Shown piece after piece: positions 1-15,876 of a stretch of DNA of 64,000 bases. The notes beneath the pieces were generated by a model. It was not told the DNA's origin and ran no database searches. It was given only the letters and a program-made list of their open reading frames with translations. The first letter of the stretch is position 1, and each line of letters opens with the position of its first letter. The DNA lies in the NCBI GenBank assembly GCA_964016885.1, contig OZ024762.1:13516001-13580000 (forward strand). The letters run 5' to 3'. Source of the stretch: Eledone cirrhosa (lineage: Eukaryota). Both the position numbers and the translations under genes were made by a program.

Positions 1-248
1 ATGTATGTATATATATATATGAGATACAATAGAACAGCCAACAACGACACGCTATACTACAAATAAAGAAGTCTACGAACTAAATATGAGACAATGGATT
101 ATCTCCCCCTTCCCACCATATATAATAGTTCAAGCTGACGTCTATGGTTGTATTTACATAGAAATCCTTAAAGTTTCTACAGCTGTCCTCTTACAGAACA
201 GCTTTCTCTTCAGATGTAGCTCCGTTTACACTTGATGACAGAATTGCA

Positions 249-1924
<1,676 letters not shown>

Positions 1925-2124
1925 NNNNNNNNNNNNNNNNNNNNNNNNNNNNNNNNNNNNNNNNNNNNNNNNNNNNNNNNNNNNNNNNNNNNNNNNNNNN
2001 NNNNNNNNNNNNNNNNNNNNNNNNNNNNNNNNNNNNNNNNNNNNNNNNNNNNNNNNNNNNNNNNNNNNNNNNNNNNNNNNNNNNNNNNNNNNNNNNNNNN
2101 NNNNNNNNNNNNNNNNNNNNNNNN
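1925..2124. other. assembly gap (200 N)
   Basis: Run of N. Confidence 1.
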
Positions 2125-2700
2125 ACCTTTTGTTTAAAAAAGGAAAACATTGGTACGGACGTAAGAGTTTTTACAACTTTGTATTTTTACAACGTATTAT
2201 TTAGTAATTTTTTTTTTCAAAAAGCATGATTATTTAAGACTGTTTGAAAATTTACTCACAGCTTTTAGCATCACAAACGACACCATTAAATTTGGTTCCC
2301 TTTTCAGATAGGGATAATACTGTATTTCCACTTGAATAATGTGGAATATGAACAGATAAACTCTTTAATGGTTGGTCGTTTACTGAGACAGCTCGCAAGA
2401 CATGCAGCTGGCCGTCCAATCAATAACGCACGTCCTTATATGGGCATATGAAATTTATTTTTATTGCGCCAGATGTAAACTAAGAGTTCTTGTGTTCGAA
2501 TTCACATAAAATTTCATTGGAATCGAAAAACATTCTGTCATAGGGCCCGATTATCGATTTTTCGAAAATTTCAAGTAGCCTATTCCACTCTGCGCGTTGA
2601 GATTTATATATGTGTGAGGTTTCATGAAAATTGGATGAATGGTGTAGCATGCAAGTTCGGAACACCAAACAATGCCCATCTTCACTTTATATATATAGAT
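2125..2700 (+). mobile_element. non-autonomous Helitron/Helentron-associated (HINE/Lep1-like) element, 3' part
   Basis: Contains 'tgtgaggtttcatgaaaattggatgaatggt' and ends 'cactttatatatatagat', resembling invertebrate non-autonomous rolling-circle elements; recognised by eye only. Confidence 0.4.
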
Positions 2701-4220
<1,520 letters not shown>

Positions 4221-4226
4221 TATAGA

Positions 4227-4281
4227 TGAGATTCTACAGGACTAGAACTGTTTCATTCTTTAGAAATCATCAGGAATCTCA
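4227..4281 (-). ncRNA. type I hammerhead ribozyme (antisense copy)
   Basis: Reverse complement reads tgagattc-CTGATGA...GAAAcag...ctgTA-gaatctca, with a perfect 8-bp helix I. Confidence 0.82.
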
Positions 4282-4334
4282 GGGATTCCTGATGATTTCT
4301 AAAGAATGAAACAGTTCTAGTCCTGTAGAATCTC
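4282..4334 (+). ncRNA. type I hammerhead ribozyme
   Basis: gggattc-CTGATGA-t ttc taaa gaa t-GAA-Acag ttctagtc ctgT-A/gaatctc; all core nucleotides present, predicted cleavage after GUA (A4327). Confidence 0.8.
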
Positions 4335-4429
4335 ATCTATATTAAAACCTTTATACTCTGCAATGTATTGATTACCTTACTTACTGTGGTTACCTCCAAT
4401 TCAACCCGGAATAACGTATATTATATATA

Positions 4430-4477
<48 letters not shown>

Positions 4478-4601
4478 ATATATATATATATTATATATAT
4501 ATATATAATATATTATATATATATATATATTATGTATATTATATATTACTAATATATATATATATTACTAATATAACACAACTCGTGTGTTACACCTCTA
4601 T

Positions 4602-4674
<73 letters not shown>

Positions 4675-4746
4675 TATTTACATATATATATATAAAATTT
4701 ATATATATATATATATAATATATATATTTACATATATATATATAAA

Positions 4747-4784
<38 letters not shown>

Positions 4785-4866
4785 TATATATATATATATA
4801 TATAAAATTTATATATATATATATATATAAAATATATATATATATATATAAAATATATATATATAT

Positions 4867-4902
<36 letters not shown>

Positions 4903-4998
4903 TATTATGTATACATACACATATTGTATATACAGGTATGTATGCATATATACAAGCCAACGTGATATACATATTTACATATACACAGATGTATATAT

Positions 4999-5065
<67 letters not shown>

Positions 5066-5095
5066 GTACATATGTATAAACATATATATATATAT

Positions 5096-5165
5096 TTCCC
5101 ACTCTACTACCCTAAGTATTGAGTACTCTGGTGCATTATGGTCCATCTGGGATAAATGTACACAC

Positions 5166-5167
<2 letters not shown>
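5096..5167 (+). mobile_element. family C element, 3' tail fragment
   Basis: 'cccactctactaccctaagtattgagtactctggtgcattatggtcca' matches 12684-12731; inside (TA)n. Confidence 0.7.
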
Positions 5168-5217
<50 letters not shown>

Positions 5218-5658
5218 CTAAAGAATGTAAAGAAAGACAATGTCGTATTTAGAAGATTAAAATTAAAAAAAAAAGGTTTTAAAACGTGATGTTACATATT
5301 TCGACATGAAACACGTAAGATTCTGATGTAGTTATTCACAATATCATTGTTTTTATTGTTTACAAGTCCTTCATTGACAGGTTTTTCTTTTAAGATCTAC
5401 TTGGAGAGGGACTAGAGGCGCGTATACGGGGGGAGCTAGTGCTCTTAGGAAGAAAAAAAAAAGATAGGGAAAGATGGGCTGCTCGTCAGTAAGGTTGTTG
5501 AGACGAAGCTTGGTGAGAATTGAGACGAGAAGACGAGAAGACCCACATGAGTAACCCTACTTGACAGGTATCGCACGTGTACCATGGAGAGAGAGCTGGG
5601 TGGGAGATAGGGACAGACAGGCTTGGGGAGGGGAAAGCGACGGGGAAATGAGACAGAC

Positions 5659-5706
<48 letters not shown>

Positions 5707-5725
5707 TATACATATATATATATAC

Positions 5726-5766
<41 letters not shown>

Positions 5767-5859
5767 AATATACATATATATATACATATATATACATATA
5801 TATACATATATATATACATATATATACATATATATACATATATATACATATATATACAT

Positions 5860-5948
<89 letters not shown>

Positions 5949-5959
5949 CATATATATAC

Positions 5960-5996
<37 letters not shown>

Positions 5997-5997
5997 C

Positions 5998-6032
<35 letters not shown>

Positions 6033-6034
<2 letters not shown>

Positions 6035-6107
6035 CCCCAAAAAATAAAATGTAAACACACTTTGATTAGAATGCTGTTGAAGTGTGTATAATTTTTGGGG
6101 GTAAACC

Positions 6108-6111
<4 letters not shown>
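6033..6111. mobile_element. ~80-bp Tc1/mariner-like MITE, degenerate
   Basis: Reverse complement aligns to 60147-60226 (cacttcaacag..ttctaat..tgtg); CAGGG terminus abutting TA. Confidence 0.5.
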
Positions 6112-6143
<32 letters not shown>

Positions 6144-6235
6144 AATTAATTCAAAAATGTAAAATGTGGCTTCGTTTATTAAAAATCATATATATTTCGG
6201 TGACAGCCAACATATACTCAATATATATATATACA

Positions 6236-6267
<32 letters not shown>

Positions 6268-6569
6268 CATACATACACATATATGTATGTATGTGAATAT
6301 ATATATACGTGGGGAGGACAATGGCTCCGCTAGGCTTAAAATGCCCAAGAAATGCTATATGTCAATAAGGTGCCTCTACGACTTCGCCCCCTCCCAGGAG
6401 TTACCCTGTCTATGTATACAAGTATGTATGTATAATATATATATATATGTCCTTTCCTCATAAAATAGCTGTCTACTTTTTCAAGTATTTCCCTTTGTGT
6501 TTACCACTTCATGTCATTTAGAAAAGCGACCACCACAACACCAAGAAGAAGGAATAAAAATGACATTCA

Positions 6570-6700
6570 GGTGATGTGTTATGTCCTTGAGCAAGATACT
6601 TTATTTCATGTTGCTCTTTTTGCCAGCAGTTGCGACTGTTAGATAGTATCAACAGTGGAAAGACCAATGGAAACGTTGTTTCCTTGGTCCGATTTGACGA
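6570..6700 (+). mobile_element. CORE-type SINE, partial
   Basis: 'tgtccttgagcaagatactttatt' CORE motif plus tail shared with 44365-44564. Confidence 0.75.
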
Positions 6701-6734
6701 ATTCTACGCCACTCGGTATGTGAATTTTGATCGA

Positions 6735-7060
6735 TGCAACCCCATTTTGCTTGGTGAGGAGGGTGATTTTAGACACCTTGCAGGATGAAAATCAAAACCC
6801 TGCAAAGGGCGGATAAACTCGGGAGCGTTAACGACCGTCCGATAAAGTATTTTTTTTACGTGGAGCGAGAGACTCCTAGTCATAATTAAGACATCTCTCT
6901 AGGAGAAGATCTCGCCGATATAAAACCTATGACTTCGTTTCTATCCAATGATGTAGACCAATTCCTTTTGCGTAAATGCATTCGATATTCAGAGCAGGAT
7001 TGGCCTCGTGCAAAACCTTTCCCCACTTTAAAAAAGTCTAAAAAAAGCTTCAGCATTTAA
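6735..7060 (+). mobile_element. RTE-like LINE 5' UTR remnant
   Basis: Homologous to 54145-54455 ('cttggtgaggagggtga', 'ctaggagaag', 'aaaagcttca'). Confidence 0.55.
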
Positions 7061-7179
7061 ACCGACCCTCTCCGGCCAGAATTCTAACCTCTTTCTGTTC
7101 AAACCTGCTTTAAGCAGCTCCTACTTATGTTAAGGTATTGTTTTCAAAATAAATAATATCAAAATCTCATAGATTCTAT

Positions 7180-7601
7180 ATATTATGAGATATTATGTGT
7201 GATAAATCCTTTACTGTGAAAATACAATAGTATATATAGAGTAATGTAAATGTTATGTGAGGTATTATGTGAGATAAAGCTTTACTGTGAAAATACAATA
7301 GTATATATAGAGTAATGTAAATGGTATGTGAGATATTATGTGAGGTAAAGCCTTTACTGTGAAAATACAATAGTATATATAGAGTAATGTAAATGTTATG
7401 TGAGATATTATGTGAGATAAAGCCTTTACTGTGAAAATACAATAGTATATATAGAGTAATGTAAATGTTATGTGAGATATTATGTGAGGTAAAGCCTTTA
7501 CTGTGAAAATACAATAGTATATATAGAGTAATGTAAATGTTATGTGAGGTAAAGCCTTTACTGTGAAAATACAATAGTATATATAGAGTAATGTAAATGT
7601 T
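7180..7601. repeat. minisatellite, ~70-bp unit x6
   Basis: Unit 'tttactgtgaaaatacaatagtatatatagagtaatgtaaatgttatgtgagatattatgtgaggtaaagcc'. Confidence 0.95.
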
Positions 7602-8118
7602 TTGATAGTCACAATAATGACGCTAATGTTGCTGTAGTGATGATGATGATGATGATGATGCAGCAGAGGTAACGGAGATGTGGTAATACACGAGGTCGGG
7701 TCGACTCAGTGAAATTGAGGGGTCCACCATTTACACATCACAAACGTCAATTTAACAATTTCTAATATCCATTATTCCCCTCCAGTTATGAAGACAACAA
7801 CTCTGGCATTGTTCTAGTTATCAGGAATTACTGATATCTTAGCTTCCATATTGAAAAGTTGTCAGACGAAAAAGAAAAAAAAATTTTGAAAATATCAAAT
7901 TATATTTTCTAAAATCAAAATAATAAAAAACAAAACAAAAAAAAAAATAAACAACACAACAATAACAACAACAGCAATAACAATAATAATGATAATAATA
8001 ATAGTGATAATAATATTAATGATAATGATGTATCTATAATTTGAGTGAATTAGTTGTCATGTAGAAATTTTTCAATTTGTTCTGTTCACATGTTTGTATA
8101 TTATTGTTTGTTTTATGT

Positions 8119-8813
8119 ACACACACACACAGACATCCATACACATACATACATACGTACACACATACACACACACACACACACATATATACAATCACAT
8201 ACACACACACACACAGACATACATACACAGACATACACACATACACACATACACACATACACACGCACACATATATACAATCACATACACACACACAGAC
8301 ATACATACACAGACACATACAAACACAAACAAATATACAATCACATACACACACACACACATATATACAATCACACAGCCACGCACACAAACATGCACAC
8401 ATACAGACATACACACACACACACATATATACAATCACACACACACGCACAGACATACACACACACACACACATACTGGTATCTTAAGTCTTCACTCCAC
8501 ACAGACACACATATATATATATACACACCCACACAATCACACACACACGCACACAGACATACACACATACAGACACACACATATATATTTATATATAGAG
8601 AGACACACAACACAACCACACACACATACATATACAGACACACAAACATAATCTGTTATCTTAGGTCTTCATTCCACACACACGCACAGATGTATATATA
8701 TACACACACACATATATATATATGTATATATATACACACACACATATATATGTATATATATATATATACTGCCATCTTCTGTCTTCACTCCACACACACA
8801 CACATAGGTATAT

Positions 8814-8846
<33 letters not shown>

Positions 8847-8900
8847 CACACACATATATAGTGCCATCTTCTGTCTTCACTCCACACACACACACATATG

Positions 8901-8932
<32 letters not shown>

Positions 8933-9882
8933 GACCTTATGTCTCCACTGCACACACACACGTGTGTGTGTGGTGGTGTGTAAGGTGGTGTGTGTGTCTG
9001 TGTGATGGTGTGTGTGGTGGTGGTGGTTGCGTGGTGGTGAGTGTGTATGGTGGTGTGGTGGTGTGTGTGTGTACGATGGTGTGTGTGGTGGTGTGTGTGT
9101 GTGTGGTGGTGTGTGTGTGTGATGGTGTGTGTGTGTGTGTGGTGGTGTATGTGATGGTGTGTGTGGTGGTGTGTGTGGTGTATGTGGTGGTGTATGTGAT
9201 GGTGTGTGTGGTGGTGTGTGTGTGTGGTGGAGTGTGTGTGTGATGGTGTGTGTGGTGGTGTGTGGTGGTGTGTGTGGTGGTGTATGTGATGGTGTGTGTG
9301 GTGGTGTGTGTGGTGTATGTGGTGGTGTATGTGATGGTGTGTGTGGTGGTGTGTGTGTGTGGTGGAGTGTGTGTGTGTGATGGTGTGTGTGGTGGTGTGT
9401 GTGGTGGTGGTGTGTAGATTGAAGGAGAATGACATGGTGGTTTCTTGTGTGCATGACATTGAAGAAAAGCAAAATAACGGGTATACGTATGTATATATGT
9501 GACTGTGTGTCTGTTTGTGTGAGTGTGTGAGAGTTTGTGAGTGTATGTATGTATGTATGTGTATGTATGTGTGTGTATGTGTGTGTATGTGTGTGTGTGA
9601 GAGGGGAAACTATGAATAAAGAAAATGTGGCATGTTTCAACTTTTTATCTGTTCTCAAGTAGTTGTAGTGGTGGTGGTGGTGGTAGTAGTGGTGGTGGTA
9701 GTAGTAGTGGTGGTGGTGGTGGTAGTGGTGGTGGTAGTAGTAGTAGTTGTGGTGGTGGTGGTAGTAGTAATAGTGGTGTTGGTGGTAGTAGTAGTAGTGG
9801 TAGTAGCTATAGTGGTAGTAGTAGTGGTGGTAGTAGTGGTAGTAGTAGTGGTGGTAGTAGTAGTTGTGGTAGTGGTGGTAGT
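8119..9882. repeat. compound CA / TG / TGG / GTA microsatellite block
   Basis: Direct reading of the sequence. Confidence 0.95.
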
Positions 9883-10179
9883 ACGGATCAGTGAGAAAGT
9901 ACTGTAATCTGAATTATTCTCACTCAATTTGCATATTTGATTAGCAAGATAGGAGGAAGTTGGTGGTGGGGCGTGTGAGGGTGGTGGTGTGAGGGTGGTG
10001 ATGGTGGTGATGTGAGGGGGGGGCGTGGGGGGCGGCTTAAAGAAAGGGAACAAAAGAAAGACTGAAGAAAATTAAGAGAAATAAAAACAACCACAACAAC
10101 AACACATAAATTAAACAACAATCAATACAACAACAATTTACAGAATTTATGAAAAGAAAGTAATTCAATAAATATGTAA

Positions 10180-10212
<33 letters not shown>

Positions 10213-10241
10213 AAGAGAGCAGCAACGGACACACGCATATA

Positions 10242-10282
<41 letters not shown>

Positions 10283-10317
10283 GGGCATGTCCATACACAC
10301 ACACATACACACCCACA

Positions 10318-10354
<37 letters not shown>

Positions 10355-10395
10355 AGAGAGAGAGGGAGAGAGAGATACAGAGAGAAAGAGAGGGT

Positions 10396-10430
<35 letters not shown>

Positions 10431-10917
10431 GGAGAGCGAACACACACAAGCAGAGAGAGAGGGAGATATATACAGAGAGAGCGGGTGTAGATGCTGAGTG
10501 TGAAAAGAACAGAGAGAGAGAGAGGAAGTGAAATAATGAAAGTAGTGGGGTGACTTCAGTAATAATTTCACTGCAATTTAACAATTTGAGAAAATAATAT
10601 AACAATAGATTATAAAGAGAATGATGATGATGATAATAACAATATTGATAATAATAATATTATTGATAATAATAATTATTATAATGATAACAATGGCGGT
10701 TGGTGATGATAAAAAAAAAATAGAAATATTTTCACTTAAATAAAAAAAATATACAAGACAAAAATATCCCCCCCCCCCCCCCCCCCCCCCCACCTGCTCC
10801 ACCTTAACCAAAAACGCAACCAAAACAAACAAGAAAATTGAACAAATAAAATATAAAAAATATCTATATATAGAAAATACATAAATAAATATATAGAATA
10901 ATATATTTAGAAATATA

Positions 10918-10955
<38 letters not shown>

Positions 10956-11364
10956 GGAGAGAGAGAGAGAAAACAGTGAGTGAGAGAGACAGATACAGGG
11001 AGAGAGAAATGTAGAGAAAGAATGTAGAGAGAGAGAGAGAGAAAACAGTGAGTGAGAGAGACATATACAGGGAAAGAGTGTGATAGAGAGAGAAATGTAG
11101 AGAGAGAATGTAGAGAGAGGGAGAGAGAGAGAGAAAACAGTGAGTGAGAGAGACAGATACAGGGAGAGAGTGATAGAGAGAGAAATGTAGAGAGAGAGGG
11201 AGAGAAATGTGTAGAAATATAGAAAAATATATAAATAACATTTATACATAAAAAGCCCCCCCCCAAAAGCGTAAAATAAAGATTATATTTGGGAGATTCT
11301 TGAATAGAGATAAAGATTATTGTATGATTACGTCTAGAAATTATTGTTGTCATATTGTAGTATT

Positions 11365-11889
<525 letters not shown>

Positions 11890-11959
11890 GTGTGTGTATA
11901 TATACACACACACACACACACACGTGTGTGTGTATATATATACACACACACACACACAC

Positions 11960-11991
<32 letters not shown>

Positions 11992-12144
11992 TCATTCACA
12001 CATTGAGAGAGAGAGAGAGAGAGAGAGAGAAACGATAATATTTCATTATTTATTCATTAACCCAGGGCGGTAAATTCGCAGAACAGAACCGGTAGAGCGA
12101 TGCATTAAATGTATTTATTGTTTTTATTATTATTACCCATACAA

Positions 12145-12366
12145 GGGCGGTGGATTGGCAATATCGGTAGGGAGTCGGACACCATGCTTTGAAGCATAGA
12201 GTTACGTCCCTTTATGATCTGAGTTCAAATCCCGCCGAGGTTAACTTTGCCTTTCATCCTTAAGGGGTCGATAAAATAAAGTACCAGTCACACACTGGGG
12301 TCGATTTAATCGATCTTCCCTTCCCCCAAAATTGCTGGCCTTGTGCCTATATAAGAAATGATTATT
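12145..12366 (+). mobile_element. tRNA-derived SINE with Meta-like domain, full length
   Basis: Box A 'tggcaatatcgg', box B 'gagttcaaatcc', central 'gcctttcatccttaaggggtcgataaaataaagtaccag', (ATT) tail; more than 10 copies in the window. Confidence 0.88.
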
Positions 12367-12552
12367 ATTCTTTTTAATTTTTCTATTTCTAGTTTTCGTA
12401 GTCTATTTGCAGCATCTGAGTTCTGTGTTCGATCCCTTCGAGTGTTCACTAGTTATTGAAAACTGTCTGGGATGTTGGGGAATCAATAAAAATGAACCCT
12501 TTTGATACGAAGTCGATTGAAACCGCTTCTGGTTCTACATTACAAATTCGTT

Positions 12553-12590
<38 letters not shown>

Positions 12591-12594
<4 letters not shown>

Positions 12595-12757
12595 AACGAG
12601 TAGGACCCCGACGGCAGAGCTCAAGCCGTTTCGACGGCTAAACGGCTTGAGATCAGCCGTCGGGGTCCTACTCGTTCCTATTACCCACTCTACTACCCTA
12701 AGTATTGAGTACTTTGGCGCGTTATGGTCCACCTGGTTCCTTACCACATTTCCTTCG

Positions 12758-12759
<2 letters not shown>
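12591..12759 (+). mobile_element. Penelope-like non-autonomous element, family C (fold-back, 3' half of HHR)
   Basis: Inverted arms 12591-12631/12640-12680; family reads GAAAcggc-ttgagctca-gccgTC/ggggtcc; tail 'gtattgagtac'; flanked by (TA)n. Confidence 0.7.
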
Positions 12760-12792
<33 letters not shown>

Positions 12793-12832
12793 CAACGTAA
12801 TGTTCTGGTGATGATGATGCTGATGATGATAA

Positions 12833-13025
12833 TAATAGTTGTTTCTACTTTTGTCACGAGGCCAGCAAATACCCCAGTGCATTGCTGGTACTTTATTTTA
12901 TCGACCCCGTAAGGATGAAAGGCAAAGTTAACCTCGGCGGGATTTGAACTCAGAATGGCAAGGGCCGTAACTCTTTGCGTCAAAGAATGGCGTCCGACCC
13001 TCTACCGATTCTGCCAATCCTCGCT
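12833..13025 (-). mobile_element. MetaSINE-like SINE
   Basis: Reverse complement matches 12145-12366. Confidence 0.88.
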
Positions 13026-13544
13026 GATGATAATAATGATAATAATAATAGTGCAACCTTCTAAGGTTAAAATAGAACGAACAATATAACAATTAAAAAA
13101 CAAGAAAAAATAAAAATGAAGCGAAACAAATATTGAGGAAAATTGAAAATCTAAAAAAAAAAAGATGGCGGCCACGAAAATGTTTGAAAACAGCGGAAAC
13201 ATCTGAAAACAAGATGGCTGATGGAGCGATAAAACTGTAGCATAGATTTCTACAATATTTCTGTTGTGTGTTGTTGTGTGAAGTAGGGGGATGACAGGGA
13301 GGGGGTGTAGGAGGAGGAAGAGAAAGAGGAGGGGGAGGTGGAGTAGAAGGAGTGGGGAGAGGAAGCGTAGGAGAAGGAGGAGGGGGAGGAGGAGATGTAG
13401 GGAGAGGGACGATTGAATGATTATTCCTGATTTTTTAGTTAATGAAGTCTTTTGTTTGCAGGAATCAGTGCAAACTAATTAGATAATTTAGATAATTACA
13501 GTGGAATTAGACAGAGATAAATATAATAAAAATATAATATATAT

Positions 13545-14068
13545 ATAGAGAGAGAAGGAGGCGAGAGAAAGAGAGAGAAGGAGGCGAGAGAAGGGGAGAG
13601 AGAAGGGGACGATAGAAAGAGAGGGGAGAGAGAAGGGGGCGATTGAAAGAGAGAGGAGAGAGAAGGGGAGACAGAGTGAGAAAGAAAGAGAAGAGGCGAG
13701 AGAAAGAGAGAGAGATGGAGAGAGGGAGAAGGAGCCGAGAGAAAGAGAGGAGAAAAAGAGAGGTGGCGAGAGAGAGGGAGAGAGAGGAGAGAGAAGGGGA
13801 GACAGAGTGAGAAAGAAAGAGAAGAGGCGAGAGAAAGAGAGAGAGATGGAGAGAGAGAGGGAGAAGGAGCCGAGAGAAAGAGAGGAGAAAAAGAGAGGTG
13901 GCGAGAGAGAGGGAGAGAGAGGAGAGAGAAGGGGAGACAGAGTGAGAAAGAAAGAGAAGAGGCGAGAGAAAGAGAGAGAGATGGAGAGAGAGAGAGGGAG
14001 AAGGAGCCGAGAGAAAGAGAGAAGGAGAAAAAAGAGAGGTGGCGAGAGAGAGGGAGAGAAAGAGAGAA
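13545..14068. repeat. GA-rich purine tract with ~125-bp unit x3
   Basis: Repeated 'gagaaggggagacagagtgagaaagaaagagaagaggcgag...gaggtggcgag'. Confidence 0.9.
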
Positions 14069-14089
14069 AGATTTTAATGGATTAACGGT

Positions 14090-14450
14090 TGCTGAAACTT
14101 GTCTGACTGGTTAAGAACTTCACTTTGTTATCATCAGATGCCGGGTTCGATTCCACTACATGACATATTGATTATTATGTGACTGCCTTTGAGAGAGATA
14201 TGTCGACCTCTCGGGTATATCTGTCGTGGTACGTAAAAAGAGAGTAAGATTTGCTGGCCACTGCCAGCCATCGTGCCACCTCTGAGGCTGTGTCCCCACT
14301 TGTGCTTTGGAAACCACAAGCAGTCAATAATAACATGGGGCGTAAGCTCTCCTATCCCGATGTCATCTCCAGAGAGTCTCGTACTGAAATCCAGGACTTG
14401 GCAACGGTAAGAAACCGCTGGAGCTCAGCCATCGGGGACCAGACTCTTTT
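14090..14450 (+). mobile_element. SINE-like chimera: tRNA head plus RTE 3' end
   Basis: 'tggttaag...gggttcgattcc' A/B boxes; 14217 onward translates ISVVVRKKRVRFAGHC / HRATSEAVSPLVLWKP..RKLSYPDVISRE (frameshifted RTE C-terminus). Confidence 0.65.
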
Positions 14451-14479
14451 CCTTTATATATATATATATATATATATAT

Positions 14480-14648
14480 TGGTTTCTTGTATAGGCACAA
14501 GCCAGTGATTTTGGGGGAGGGGAAAGTCGATTAAATCGACTCCAGTGCGTGACTGGTACTTTATTTTATCGACCCCGTGAAGATGAAAGGCAAAGTTAAC
14601 CTCGGCGAAATTTGAAATCAGATCATAAAGGGCCGTAAATCTTTGCGT
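14480..14648 (-). mobile_element. MetaSINE-like SINE, 5' truncated
   Basis: Reverse complement matches family consensus. Confidence 0.85.
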
Positions 14649-14672
14649 ATATATATATATATATATATATAT

Positions 14673-14880
14673 ACGGGGTAACAGACGTAGCCATGCCTGT
14701 ATATTCCTTTCATTCTCACAAGCTCCGATGAATTGATTGGTTATAACTTTGTATTGGTGATCGAATAACGTGAAAACAAGCGGGTAGCGATCTCTAGACC
14801 TACCAGTTCAGAGAAACAATTGTCAGCAATGAGATTAAAAACCTTTTTTGTATAGCAAACCTTTTCACTCTTCTTTCCTG

Positions 14881-14884
<4 letters not shown>
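14673..14884 (+). mobile_element. Penelope-like element, family B (HHR with long loop 2)
   Basis: tctcacaagct-CCGATGA-ttgattggt...accagttca-GAAAcaattgTC/agcaatgaga; homologous to 40581-40691(-); inside (TA)n. Confidence 0.65.
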
Positions 14885-14928
<44 letters not shown>

Positions 14929-14993
14929 GTAATAATAATAAATTTGAAGACTAAAGCAGCGATTCTTTGCTTAAACTTTAATCTGTTATTTTA

Positions 14994-15053
<60 letters not shown>

Positions 15054-15844
15054 CGTCAAATATATTTAACTGACATGCTAACGAATGAAGGTCAGTGACG
15101 AGGTGTGTTCGTTACCAAAATCCACAGTATATTGTATTTGGGTAATGAAGGTTATAGACGAGGCAATAGCTATCACTGAAATATTTATAGAAGTCTGATT
15201 ACAATGTCGGGCCATTGTTCTTATATCGAAGGAGGAAAGTTGTAGAGTTTAGCAAGAGGGTTCTATATTTAGTTATTTATGTAGTGGTTGTTGGTGGTAG
15301 GGTGAATTGCTGGGGGTGGGGGGGGGGTGTTAATGTTGGTTAAAGTGGGCGTGATATATGGTTGTGGTGGTGATGGTAGAGGCGCTGGTGATGGTGAAGG
15401 TGGTGATAGAAGCGCTGCTTGTGGTGGTAAAGGTGGTGTTGGTGGAGGTGATGGTAGCGGCGCTGGTTGTGGTGGTGACGGTGGTGGTGAATGTGTTAAC
15501 AGGGGGGGGGGGGTTCTGGTGTTCGCGGAGCTGCACTCGCATACATACACACACACACACACATACTTAATCAAGCATACACACACAAACATACGCACAC
15601 ACACACATTCAAATATATATTGACACAGGCATTTGTACAGGCATACACACACCCCTGGAATCACACACACATACAGGTACACACACACACACACACACAC
15701 ATACAAGTAGACAGACACACACTCATATATATAGAGAGAGACATTTTAAATAATTAAGCCGCGTTGTTAACTGATTACATGCTAGATATTCATTAAATTT
15801 CAATATATAGCACACACATACACACACACATATAGGCACACACG

Positions 15845-15876
<32 letters not shown>

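Larger units (their letters stand above)
4221..4415 (+). mobile_element. Penelope-like non-autonomous element, family A (fold-back, two HHRs)
   Basis: ~60-bp near-perfect inverted arms 4221-4280/4282-4341, then a unique tail ending 'tcaacccggaataac'; (TA)n on both sides; homologous to 58976-59172 and 59218-59413. Confidence 0.8.

Noticed and set aside
4221-4341. Pre-miRNA interpretation of the long hairpins
   Set aside because: Multi-copy, TA-inserted, variable inversion points and HHR cores are better explained by retroelement inversion; no known miRNA recognised
7180-7601. CRISPR-like array (also 33310-33652 and 39821-40062)
   Set aside because: Head-to-tail tandem units without unique spacers, in a eukaryotic context with no cas genes
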